From Candidatus Methylomirabilis sp. (lineage in GTDB: Bacteria; Methylomirabilota; Methylomirabilia; Methylomirabilales; Methylomirabilaceae), in the NCBI GenBank assembly GCA_041498975.1, contig JBGQJI010000068.1, positions 1 through 12,514 of the forward strand: a stretch of DNA of 12,514 bases, given 5' to 3'. The notes beneath the pieces were generated by a model that worked only from the letters and a program-made list of their open reading frames with translations, made no database searches and was not told where the DNA came from. The position numbers and the translations under genes were made by a program. Below are positions 1 to 8,038 of the stretch, in pieces (the stretch's first letter is position 1; each line of letters starts with the position of its first letter).

Positions 1-446
1 GCCGAAAGCGCCACATAGATGAGGCCGGGGTTCTCCACGGAGAGCTGGCGGTATCCGATTCCCCAGGCGTCCATCTGGCCAGGGGTATAGGCCTCGATCA
101 CGACATCGGCCCGCCGGGCAAGTTGTTTGAAGGCGTCCCGCCCTTCCGCCGATTCCAGGTTGAGCGTGATATAGTACTTATTCCGCCCCTCTGCGAGATA
201 GACCAAGCCCTCGCCTTGATGTGTGAACCCCGGCGGCCCCCACTCGCGGGCTGCATCGCCGCCGGGCGGCTCGACCTTGAGGACCTCCGCGCCCAACTCC
301 GCCAGGAAAGCGGTGCAGATGATACCGGCAATGCTCCGCTGACTGACGTCGATGATCAGGAGGTCGTCCAGCGCCTCGGGTTTCGCGAAGGCGCTGCGCG
401 GATCGCTCTCACTCCTGATCCACTCTTCCCAGGGTTGATTGGTCAT
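1..446 (-). CDS. CoA-transferase family III (CaiB/BaiF), second paralog/subunit; N-terminal 148 codons, truncated by the window edge
   Basis: Not in the ORF track. Manual translation from ATG at 446: MTNQPWEEWIRSESDPRSAFAKPEALDDLLIIDVSQRSIAGIICTAFLAELGAEVLKVEPPGGD...GRNKYYITLNLESAEGRDAFKQLARRADVVIEAYTPGQMDAWGIGYRQLSVENPGLIYVALS. Has the LAELGAEVxKVEPPxGD, RNK and NPxLIY family III motifs; GAGGA RBS-like sequence upstream. Confidence 0.93.
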   Translation of the reverse strand, partial: MTNQPWEEWIRSESDPRSAFAKPEALDDLLIIDVSQRSIAGIICTAFLAELGAEVLKVEPPGGDAAREWGPPGFTHQGEGLVYLAEGRNKYYITLNLESAEGRDAFKQLARRADVVIEAYTPGQMDAWGIGYRQLSVENPGLIYVALS

Positions 447-532
447 CTATCTTCCTCAGTAGCGAGCTGTCTCAGTAACGAGGACGTTGTGGTATCAAGA
501 GTCCCAACTCTTGATCACCTACCAGACAGTGC

Positions 533-560
533 GAGATTGCTTCGCTTCGCTCGCAATGAC
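533..560. repeat. CGTC-type palindromic repeat (REP/RPE-like), right arm
   Basis: GAGATTGCTTCGCTTCGCTCGCAATGAC shares the GATTGC...CTCGCAATGAC arm with the copies at 2150-2203 and 2215-2249. It translates to the DCFASLAMT-type peptide typical of this repeat class. Confidence 0.8.
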
Positions 561-629
561 TTCACGGGTGAGGGGTTGTCTCAGAAGTGGGGTGAGTGCG
601 TTGGCGATAAGTGACCGGCAGCCCCGGCA

Positions 630-661
630 GTCATTGCGGCTCAAGCCAGTAAGGGAATCTA
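630..661. repeat. Degenerate left arm of the same palindromic repeat
   Basis: GTCATTGCG (630-638) is the exact reverse complement of CGCAATGAC (552-560). The arm ends in GGAATCTA, compared with GCAATCTA at 2121-2128. Confidence 0.45.
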
Positions 662-1996
662 GCGAATCTCTCCTTGGCCGGGTGTCCAGTCGTCGGGAGG
701 TTTCGGGCCACGCCGGTCAGCCCATTTGCCGATAACCCGCTGTCTCTCCAGCTCCTCGATCTGGCGCCCGTTCAGCCCAAGCAGTCGTCCCAGGACATAC
801 TCGTTGTGGAAGCCCACCGGCTTGGCTGCCCACTTGTATCGCATCGGAGTCTCCGAGAGTTTTGGCGCGGGGCCATTCTCAACCATGGTCCCGTACACCG
901 GATCCTCCATCTCCCAGACAGAGCCGCGCGCGCGCAGGTGCGGGTCATCGTAGTGGTCCTTGGCTGTGGCGACGGCCGCGGCGGCGAAGCCATGTTGCTG
1001 TGCTGCCGCTTCCACTTCTTCCCGCGTCATCCCCCGTATCCAGGAGCCGATATACTGATCCAGCGCCTCGGCGTTCGACTCCCCCGCCCGTTCCGTCTTG
1101 GTGGCGAACCGGGGATCGGCCGGCAGATCGTCCCTGCTCATCGCCTTGCACAGACCCCTGAACTCTTCATCGTTGCCAGCAACCACCGCTACGTATCCAT
1201 CCCGGCACGGATAGATCCCCGACGGAGAGACAGACGGATCTCGATTGCAGGTCTGGGGACGGTTCTTTCCTGTCAGCCCTGCATACACCCAGGTCCAATC
1301 CATCGCGCGCAGCAACGCCTCGCACTGCGCCACCTCGAGAAATTGGCCCTCGCCGGTCCGGTCTCGGTGGTGCAGCGCAGCCAGGACGCCAAGGGCCGAG
1401 AGGCATGCCCCAAAGTAATCACCGATGTAGACGCCGATCTTCAGCGGCGGACGACCAGGAAAACCTGAGACGGCGGTGAACCCACTCACCGCCTGGGCAA
1501 GTCCGTCGTAGGAGGCGCGGTTGATGAACCGTCCCCACTGGCCAAAGCCGGTGTTCGCCACATAAATCAGGCGCGGGTTGATCTCGCGGAGCTGGCGGTA
1601 GCCGATCCCCCACTTCCGCTCCAGCGTCCCACCCCGGTAGTTCTCCACTAGGATGTCGCTCTTGGCGGCCAACCGGCGGACGAGGTCCTGTCCCTCCGGT
1701 TTATGGAGGTCGATGGCGACGTGGTACTTGCTGTGGTTCTGGGCAAAGAATGCGGGGGAGACATTCTTCCAGTAGTAACCCTGGGGGGCGACGATGCGCA
1801 TGACATCTCCGGCCCCCGGCATCTCGACCCGGATCACCTCTGCGCCCAGCTCTCCCAGGTAGTCGGCGGTGGCCGGGCCGAAGATGATCAGGCTGAGATC
1901 GAGGACCCGGATCCCCCTGAGCGCCTCAGGCTTGCCGAACACCTTTGTCAAATCGAAGAGCTTGGCGGTCCAGTCGAAGTAGGATTCGTGGGCCAT
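659..1996 (-). CDS. CoA-transferase family III (CaiB/BaiF), probable catalytic subunit
   Basis: Motifs ALRGIRVLDLS..IFGP, LGELGAEVIRVE, ADILVENYR-like SDILVENYR, NPRLIY, YDGLAQAVSG. GVYIGDYFGA contains the Asp (codon 1418-1420) at the position of the family III anhydride-forming residue. GGGGAG RBS upstream. Confidence 0.95.
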   Translation of the reverse strand: MAHESYFDWTAKLFDLTKVFGKPEALRGIRVLDLSLIIFGPATADYLGELGAEVIRVEMPGAGDVMRIVAPQGYYWKNVSPAFFAQNHSKYHVAIDLHKPEGQDLVRRLAAKSDILVENYRGGTLERKWGIGYRQLREINPRLIYVANTGFGQWGRFINRASYDGLAQAVSGFTAVSGFPGRPPLKIGVYIGDYFGACLSALGVLAALHHRDRTGEGQFLEVAQCEALLRAMDWTWVYAGLTGKNRPQTCNRDPSVSPSGIYPCRDGYVAVVAGNDEEFRGLCKAMSRDDLPADPRFATKTERAGESNAEALDQYIGSWIRGMTREEVEAAAQQHGFAAAAVATAKDHYDDPHLRARGSVWEMEDPVYGTMVENGPAPKLSETPMRYKWAAKPVGFHNEYVLGRLLGLNGRQIEELERQRVIGKWADRRGPKPPDDWTPGQGEIR

Positions 1997-2051
1997 TTCT
2001 CCCCCAAGATCTTGCCTCTACTTCATTGCGAAGAAGATCGTTCCATGGGTT

Positions 2052-2067
2052 TGCTGTCGTTGTGCCT
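2052..2067 (-). promoter_or_regulatory. Possible sigma54 (-24/-12) promoter for the CoA-transferase pair
   Basis: Minus strand reads AGGCACAACGACAGCA: GG-N10-GC with GGCAC intact, about 55 nt upstream of the ATG at 1996. It lacks the T before GG and the TT before GC. Confidence 0.3.
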
Positions 2068-2093
2068 TCTGCAACACCGCCCTACCTTGGGTC

Positions 2094-2249
2094 CGTCATT
2101 GCGAGGAGCAACGCGACAAAGCAATCTATCCCACCATCGTGCCTAGTTCGAGATTGCGCAGCCTGTCCCGAGCCTTGCCGAGGGAGCGGCGCCTCGCAAT
2201 GACACTATGTGTCGGATTGCCACCCCTTCGCTCCGCTCCTCGCAATGAC
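2094..2249. repeat. Cluster of CGTC-type palindromic repeats (one left arm, two right arms)
   Basis: Left arm CGTCATTGCGAGGAGCAACGCGACAAAGCAATCT (2094-2127). Right arms GAGATTGC...CCTCGCAATGAC (2150-2203) and GATTGC...CCTCGCAATGAC (2215-2249). GTCATTGCGAGG pairs perfectly (12 bp) with either right end. A degenerate left arm TCATTGCGAAG lies at 2023-2033. Confidence 0.85.
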
Positions 2250-2324
2250 ACGCGTGAGGGGGGCTTTCGAACCAATGACAAGCCAAAAGGAACGTCTTAT
2301 GACATTGATTATTGCAGGCAAGTA

Positions 2325-3503
2325 CTAGCGCTCGACAACCATGGCGAGCCCCTGCCCTCCCCCGATGCACAGGGTAGCAAGGCCGAGATGCTTATCCAGG
2401 CGCTTCATGCTATACAGCAGGGTGACGAGCAGCCGACAGCCGCTCGCCCCTATGGGATGGCCCAAGGCAACGGCTCCGCCGCTGATGTTGGTGATCTCCG
2501 GCCTGAACTTGAGCGCCCTGGCGACGCACAGAGCCTGGACTGCGAACGCTTCGTTTGCCTCGATCAGTTCGACCTCCTCGAGCGAGAGCTTGGCCTTCTC
2601 CAGGACCTTCCGGACGGCGACGATCGGACCAGTCCCCATGATCTGGGGCTCCACCCCCGCCGAGGCATAGGCCCGGATCCTGGCCAGGGGGGTCACGCCA
2701 AAGGCTTCAGCCTTCTCTCTCGCCATCAGCACGACTGCCGCCCCTCCATCGCTGATCCCAGAGGCGTTGCCTCCGGTCACCGTCCCGTCCTTCTTGAAGG
2801 CAGGCCGGAGGGAGGCCATGGTCTCCGGGTTCGGCCTCGTGTGGGGAAACTCATCCCTGTTGAAGATGAATGGATTCCCCTTTCTCTGAGGGACCTCGAT
2901 TGGAACGATCTCCTCCTGAAAGTGCTCCTGCTCGATCGCCAGCAAGGCCCTCCGGATGCTCTCGCTGGCGAAGGCATCCTGTTCCTCGCGGCCGATCTTG
3001 AAGCGCTCGGCGAGGTTCTCGGCAGTGATCCCCATGTGCGTGTGGCTGAACGCATCGAGGAGGCCATCTGTAAGCATGGAGTCCACGACGGTTTCATCAC
3101 CCATTCGGAAGCCCCAGCGGGCCTTCGGGAGAAGGTAAGGCGCATTCGTCATGCTCTCGATGCCGCCAGCCACCACGATATCGCTTTCGCCGGCCGCGAT
3201 GGCCAGGGCGGCCAACGTCACCGACTTCAGCCCTGAGCCGCACAGCTTGTTGATGGTGTACGACGGGACCTCCACAGGGATGCCGGCCTTGATCGCGCAT
3301 TGGCGGGCGGGGTTTTCCCCAAGCCCTGCCTGGAGCACATTGCCCACGATCACCTCGTCCACCGATCCCGGTTCGGTCCGCGCCCGTTTCAAGGCTTCCT
3401 GGATCGCGATCGTCCCAAGGTCGGTGGCCGAGAATTCTTTCAGGCCACCGCCGAACGTCCCGATGGCCGTCCTGGCCGCGCCTACGATGACCACGTCCCG
3501 CAT
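2325..3503 (-). CDS. Acetyl-CoA C-acetyltransferase (thiolase; AtoB/PhaA/Thl-like)
   Basis: All catalytic motifs present: NKLCGSG (nucleophilic Cys), NEAFA, GHPIGASG, CIGGGQG. AGGAG RBS upstream. Confidence 0.97.
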   Translation of the reverse strand: MRDVVIVGAARTAIGTFGGGLKEFSATDLGTIAIQEALKRARTEPGSVDEVIVGNVLQAGLGENPARQCAIKAGIPVEVPSYTINKLCGSGLKSVTLAALAIAAGESDIVVAGGIESMTNAPYLLPKARWGFRMGDETVVDSMLTDGLLDAFSHTHMGITAENLAERFKIGREEQDAFASESIRRALLAIEQEHFQEEIVPIEVPQRKGNPFIFNRDEFPHTRPNPETMASLRPAFKKDGTVTGGNASGISDGGAAVVLMAREKAEAFGVTPLARIRAYASAGVEPQIMGTGPIVAVRKVLEKAKLSLEEVELIEANEAFAVQALCVARALKFRPEITNISGGAVALGHPIGASGCRLLVTLLYSMKRLDKHLGLATLCIGGGQGLAMVVER

Positions 3504-3535
3504 AGCTTTCTCCTACGCGATCGGCCAAAGAGACA

Positions 3536-3982
3536 TCACACGTCCATGACGGTCATGGTCCGGTGTTGATAATCCGGCGAAATCCGCTCGAGAGTCGCGT
3601 GGTCCATGATCTCGACCAGTGCGTTCAAGAGGTCCGTCTCGGTGATGATCCCCTGAAGCGCTCCCCTGTTCAAGACAGGCAGGCCCCCGATGCGATGCGC
3701 GAGCATCAGCTTCGCTGCCTCTTGAACCTGAGTGTCATGGGAGACGGTGATGACATTCCTGGTCATGGCTTCAGCCACCGTAACCTTGTCGAGCGAGGAG
3801 GCGGAAGCAGCCGATCGGATGTCCCGGTCTGTGAGGATCCCCACGAGCTTTCCTCCCTCGACGACCGGCAGATGCCGGATCCGATGTTGGTCAAGGAACG
3901 CCCTGGCCTCGGCCAGGTTGGCCCTGGGATGAATGGTGATGGGCGCCGGACTCATCCTTTCTTTTACGAGGATCACGATCAC
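3536..3982 (-). CDS. CBS-pair protein (AcuB-like, lacks ACT domain)
   Basis: Two CBS repeats (IRHLPVVEGGKLVGILTDRDIR; IGGLPVLNRGALQGIITETDLL). GTG start with AAAGGAGG upstream. Confidence 0.92.
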   Translation of the reverse strand: MIVILVKERMSPAPITIHPRANLAEARAFLDQHRIRHLPVVEGGKLVGILTDRDIRSAASASSLDKVTVAEAMTRNVITVSHDTQVQEAAKLMLAHRIGGLPVLNRGALQGIITETDLLNALVEIMDHATLERISPDYQHRTMTVMDV

Positions 3983-4036
3983 GATGCCCCTCCTTTACCA
4001 GCGACGGCGCACTGCGGATGGCTGGCCTTACACGCT

Positions 4037-4663
4037 TCAGTTGATCGGCGGATGCCCGGCCGCCTCGAGTTGTTGGCGAAGGTCCGCGGCCGCAGGCGCG
4101 GCCGATCGGATCAGCAGGACTGGCCGCCGTTTTCCCTGCCGGAACGCCGTGCCGGAGACCACGGTCGCCGATTCCTTCCCGACGGCCATGGAGACCGCCT
4201 CGAATGCCCCGGGCCGATCCTCGACGACGAGTTCGGTGGCTGGACCGCCCTTCATCCTCTCTTCCTGCTCTATATACGCCCGGAGGAAATCACTCTCGGT
4301 GATAATCCCTACGAGCTCCTCTCTCTCCACCACGGGCAGGCAGCCGACCTTATGAGCGATGAGGAGCTTGGCCGCTTCCTGGAGGCTGCTCTCCGGTGAC
4401 ACCGTGATGACCTTCTTCGTCATGATGGCCTCGATCTTCAGGCGCTCCAGGAGGTAATTCAGTTCGTGAACCTCAAGGCTCGTGGCCGGGGACGGGGCAA
4501 CCTGCCGGAGGTCTCGGTCGGTGACGATTCCCACTAGCCTCTTCCCCTCCAGAACCGGAAGGTGCTTGATCCCCTCCTTCCGGATAAGCTTCAAGGCGTA
4601 GCGGAAGCTGTCATCTTTCTTCACTGTGACGGGATCCCGCTTCATCGAATCTTTGACCAGCAT
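4037..4663 (-). CDS. acuB: AcuB-family CBS-pair protein with degenerate C-terminal ACT-like domain
   Basis: HLPVLEGKRLVGIVTDRDLRQVAPSPATSLEVHELNYLL contains the AcuB-typical PSxATSL..HELNYLL insert. Second CBS repeat VGCLPVV...GIITESDFL; ACT-like start LVVEDRPGAF. AGGAGGT RBS. Confidence 0.85.
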   Translation of the reverse strand: MLVKDSMKRDPVTVKKDDSFRYALKLIRKEGIKHLPVLEGKRLVGIVTDRDLRQVAPSPATSLEVHELNYLLERLKIEAIMTKKVITVSPESSLQEAAKLLIAHKVGCLPVVEREELVGIITESDFLRAYIEQEERMKGGPATELVVEDRPGAFEAVSMAVGKESATVVSGTAFRQGKRRPVLLIRSAAPAAADLRQQLEAAGHPPIN

Positions 4664-4724
4664 ATTACCTCCTGTGCCTGCTCACAAGGCCCGCTGCCAT
4701 ACATGAAGAGCTCATCCCACCCTC

Positions 4725-5426
4725 CTACAGCGCTAGGTAGGAGCGGACCTCCTGGCTCTCGCCGAGCTCCTTCGTCGTGCCTTGGTACTTCACGGTACCC
4801 TTGTCCAGGACGTAGCCACGATCCGCCACCCGCAGGGCGAACATGGCATTCTGCTCGCATAGGAGCATGGGCATGCCGTCCTTCTTTAAGTTCAGGAGAT
4901 GCTCCAACAGCATCCCAACGATGAGAGGCGACAGCCCTTCCGCCGGCTCATCCAGGAGGATGAAGTCCGGATTGCCCATCAACGCCCGCCCCACCGCCAA
5001 CATCTGCTGCTCGCCCCCGCTGAGGGCGCCCCCTCGTCGGTTCTGGAGTTCACGGAGTTTGGGGAAGAGGTGGAAGATCTTCTCCACCGTCCACTCCGGC
5101 TTCCCTGAGGTCGATGGCTTGCGCGCGATCTCCAGATTCTCCCGGACAGACAGGCTCGGGAAGATCCGCCGGCCGGCCGGGACCAGGGCCATCCCCCTCC
5201 GGGCAATAAGGAAGGGACGCATGCGTGCCACATCTTCACCCTTAAACCGGACATGTCCGGTTCGGGGGGCCGTCAGGCCCATGATGCTCCGGATGGTGGT
5301 GGTCTTGCCAGCGCCGTTCCGGCCCATGAGCGCCACGACCTCCCCGTCGGCCACCTGAAGTGAGACATCGAAGAGGATGTGGCTGGTCCCGTAATACGTG
5401 TTGATCTTTTCGGCTTCAAGGATCAT
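4725..5426 (-). CDS. livF: Liv/HAAT-family ABC transporter ATP-binding protein (LivF-like)
   Basis: Walker A GRNGAGKTT, signature LSGGEQQM, Walker B ILLDEP, and the EQN switch typical of LivF. Confidence 0.93.
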   Translation of the reverse strand: MILEAEKINTYYGTSHILFDVSLQVADGEVVALMGRNGAGKTTTIRSIMGLTAPRTGHVRFKGEDVARMRPFLIARRGMALVPAGRRIFPSLSVRENLEIARKPSTSGKPEWTVEKIFHLFPKLRELQNRRGGALSGGEQQMLAVGRALMGNPDFILLDEPAEGLSPLIVGMLLEHLLNLKKDGMPMLLCEQNAMFALRVADRGYVLDKGTVKYQGTTKELGESQEVRSYLAL

Positions 5427-5430
5427 CGCG

Positions 5431-6180
5431 TCAATTGACCTCGCTCTGGCCCAGATACACCATGTGGACCTCTTCGTTTTTCTTAATCTCCTCGGGCGGC
5501 CCCTCGGCGATCACCCGGCCCTGATGCAAGACCGTCACTCTCTCCGAAATCCCGAAGACCACGTCCATGTCGTGTTCGCAAAACAGGACGGTCACGCCGC
5601 GGTCCTGGTGAATCCTCTGGATCAGCTCCGTCACTTTGACCCGTTCGAAGGGCGACATGCCGGCCATGGGCTCGTCCAGGAGGAGGAGTTCCGGCTCTCC
5701 CGCAAGCGCCAGCGCCAACTCCAGGACCCGTTGGTCCCCATGGCTCAATTCGCGGGCCAATGCGTTGGCCCGCTCTGCGAGGTTCACGGTCTCCAGGACC
5801 GCCATTGCCTCACCCAGGACCATCTTCTTCGCGGGAGCGAAGCACTTCAGCGTGTGACCCCTCTTGGCCAGAATGGCGAGCTGGACGCTTTCCAGGACGG
5901 TCAGGCGCGGGAAGATGTTGATGATCTGAAAGGCCCGAGTGATCCCTATCCGGCTGATCTGATACGGATGTAGACCCGTGATCTCTTTTCCCTTGAACAC
6001 GACGCGGCCCGAGTCCGGCACGAGATACCCCGTGATCTGATTGAACAGTGTCGTTTTGCCGGCGCCGTTCGGGCCGATCAGCGAGCGAAGAGACCCCTTC
6101 TCCACCGACAGGTTTACGCCATCGGTGGCCTGAAAGCCCCCAAAGGCTTTCATCAGGTTGTCGATCTCAAGCAACATCAT
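5431..6180 (-). CDS. livG: Liv/HAAT-family ABC transporter ATP-binding protein (LivG-like)
   Basis: Real start is MMLLEIDNL at 6180, an ATGA overlap with the upstream permease stop (the ORF track over-extends to 6624). Motifs GPNGAGKTT, RAFQ Q-loop, LSHGDQR, LLLLDEPMAG, EHDM, C-terminal VYLG. Confidence 0.93.
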   Translation of the reverse strand: MMLLEIDNLMKAFGGFQATDGVNLSVEKGSLRSLIGPNGAGKTTLFNQITGYLVPDSGRVVFKGKEITGLHPYQISRIGITRAFQIINIFPRLTVLESVQLAILAKRGHTLKCFAPAKKMVLGEAMAVLETVNLAERANALARELSHGDQRVLELALALAGEPELLLLDEPMAGMSPFERVKVTELIQRIHQDRGVTVLFCEHDMDVVFGISERVTVLHQGRVIAEGPPEEIKKNEEVHMVYLGQSEVN

Positions 6181-7148
6181 GGCGCTTGGGTCCCCCCCTT
6201 CGTCGCAGAGCGGAGATATCGGGCCTTCTCCGCCACGAATCCCACGATGCCTCCAGGCAACACAAGGACCAGGGTGAGCAGCACCAGGCCGAGGACCAGA
6301 GGCCAGTAGTCGGTCCGGACCTTGATGATCTCTCGGAGCGCGACGAAGGCGACCGCGCCAACCGAAGGCCCCACAAAGTTGAACATCCCGCCTAAGATGC
6401 TCATGAGGACAGGGTTGGCTGAGGTGGTCCAGAACAGCAACTCCGGATCGGCCCACTTCTGGAACAGGGCGTAGAGCCCACCCGCCACTCCGGCGAAGGC
6501 CCCGGCGATGGTGAAGGCGATGACCTTGTAGAACCGATCGTTGATCCCAAGGAACTGGGAGCGCTGGGTGTTCTCTCGAATGGCCCGAAGGGACCAGCCG
6601 AATGGGGAGTTCACGATGAACCACATGACGAGCATGCAGAGAATGGTCACCGCCAGGGCGAAATAGTAGTTGCTGGCATGGGACGCCAGGATCTCGGGAC
6701 GCGGCACCCCCTGGATCCCGTCGCTGCCCCCGGTAAATTCATACCACTGGAAGACGATGACATATAGAAGCTGCGCGAAGGCCAGGGAGAGGAGCGCGAA
6801 GTAGAGGCGGATCGTGCGCATGCAGAACCAGCCGATCACGAAAGCGAACGCTGCCGCTATCACCGGGGCCGCGAGCAGGCCCACCAGCATCGGGTTTCCA
6901 TAGTGCTTCGTGAGGATGGCCATGGCGTACGCACCAAGGCCGAAGAAGGCTGCGTGGCCGAAGGAGACCATGCCGCCATAGCCGAAGATCAGGTTGTAGC
7001 TGGTGGCCAGGAGCGCCAGGATGACGACCTCTGTCGAGAGGACGATGTAGTAGCGGGAGACGAATTGCGGGTACAAGGCCAGCCCCACAACCGCCAGGCC
7101 GGCCCACAGCCAGCCGGATCGCCAGACGCTGTTGGACCCTCCAGCCAT
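6177..7148 (-). CDS. livM: Liv/HAAT-family ABC transporter permease (LivM-like)
   Basis: Real start is MAGGSNSVW at 7148 with a GAGGT RBS (the ORF track over-extends to 8057). Motifs NLIFGYGGMVSFGHAAFFGLGAY, TGGSDGI, SPFGWSLRAIREN, ILGGM, PGGIVG; multiple hydrophobic segments. Confidence 0.92.
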   Translation of the reverse strand: MAGGSNSVWRSGWLWAGLAVVGLALYPQFVSRYYIVLSTEVVILALLATSYNLIFGYGGMVSFGHAAFFGLGAYAMAILTKHYGNPMLVGLLAAPVIAAAFAFVIGWFCMRTIRLYFALLSLAFAQLLYVIVFQWYEFTGGSDGIQGVPRPEILASHASNYYFALAVTILCMLVMWFIVNSPFGWSLRAIRENTQRSQFLGINDRFYKVIAFTIAGAFAGVAGGLYALFQKWADPELLFWTTSANPVLMSILGGMFNFVGPSVGAVAFVALREIIKVRTDYWPLVLGLVLLTLVLVLPGGIVGFVAEKARYLRSATKGGTQAP

Positions 7149-7153
7149 GTTGG

Positions 7154-8038
7154 CTACCTCTCCGGTTCCCCGAACAGGCCCCAGGGCCGGATGATTAACA
7201 CGATCACCATCGCCAGGAAGACGAAGGCCATCGCCATCCGGGGTGCGATGGTGATGCCGAAGCTGAACATCATCCCTATGATCCCGGCGCCAAGAAGGGC
7301 GCCAGGAAAGCTGCCCAGCCCCCCGATCACCGCCACCACGAACGCCTCGATGAGGATGCTGACGTCCATTCCCAGGCCGATGGAACCGAGCGGGGCGACC
7401 AGAACCCCTCCCAGTCCTGCCAGAAACGCCCCGATAATGAAGACCGAAGAGAAGATCCGAGGGATGTTGACACCGAGAGCCTCCAGCATCTCGGAATCCT
7501 CCACCGCAGCGCGGATCAGCCGACCCAAGCCCGTCCGGTAGATCAGCAACCAGAGGGCTGCCGCCAGGATGAGGGCCCAGGCGATGACGAACAGGTTGTA
7601 GACGGGAAATGGCCGACCACCGATGGAGAGGGAACCTGCGAGGGCGGCCGGAGCAGAGACTGACTTGTACTCCGCCCCCCAGATCATTTTCACCAGGTCG
7701 TCGAAGATGAGGATCAGGGCGTACGTGGCCAGGAGTTGGACAACATGCTCCGCCTGGTAGATCCTGCGGAGCACGCCGAACTCGATGACCGCCCCGACCA
7801 ACCCCACCGCCAGGGGAGCCGCTACCAGCGCCAGCCAGAAGCTCCCGGCCCCACCCACCCCCTGGATCACCGACGCCGCAACGAATGCCCCGATCATGTA
7901 GAGCGAGCCGTGGGCCATATTGATGACCCGCAGCACCCCGAAGACCAGGGTCAGGCCGGCCGCCACGATGAACAGGATCGAGGCGCGCGTCAGCCCCGCC
8001 ATGATCAGGAGGATGACCGTTCCGATATCCCAGGTCAT
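7154..8038 (-). CDS. livH: Liv/HAAT-family ABC transporter permease (LivH-like)
   Basis: Motifs AAGLTLVFGVLRVINMAHGSLYMIGA, RTGLGRLIRA, AFVVAVIGGLGS, RPWGLFG. ATG at 8038 preferred; TTG at 8047 is an alternative but sits too close to GAGG. Confidence 0.92.
   Translation of the reverse strand: MTWDIGTVILLIMAGLTRASILFIVAAGLTLVFGVLRVINMAHGSLYMIGAFVAASVIQGVGGAGSFWLALVAAPLAVGLVGAVIEFGVLRRIYQAEHVVQLLATYALILIFDDLVKMIWGAEYKSVSAPAALAGSLSIGGRPFPVYNLFVIAWALILAAALWLLIYRTGLGRLIRAAVEDSEMLEALGVNIPRIFSSVFIIGAFLAGLGGVLVAPLGSIGLGMDVSILIEAFVVAVIGGLGSFPGALLGAGIIGMMFSFGITIAPRMAMAFVFLAMVIVLIIRPWGLFGEPER

Noticed and set aside
2094..2304. Recurrent CAATGAC motifs as a CRISPR array
   Set aside because: The units are inverted and unequal in length, spacing is irregular, and there are no cas genes in the window.
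2296..2322. Minus-strand TTGCCT...TAAGAC as a sigma70 promoter after the thiolase
   Set aside because: The -10 match is poor and the spacer is 16 nt.
1945..2370. Small ORFs containing VIARSNATKQS, HCEERSE or RLAMT peptides (also 487-735, DCFASLAMT)
   Set aside because: These are translations of the palindromic repeat, not genes.
2325..3503. Thiolase ISGGAVALGHP instead of VNGGAIALGHP
   Set aside because: All catalytic residues are intact, so this is treated as ordinary variation.
4014..4060. Imperfect direct repeat GCGGATGGCTGGCC / GCGGATGCCCGGCC around the acuB-like stop
   Set aside because: It is short and GC-rich with two mismatches, so it is compatible with chance. No frameshift or clear duplication could be shown.
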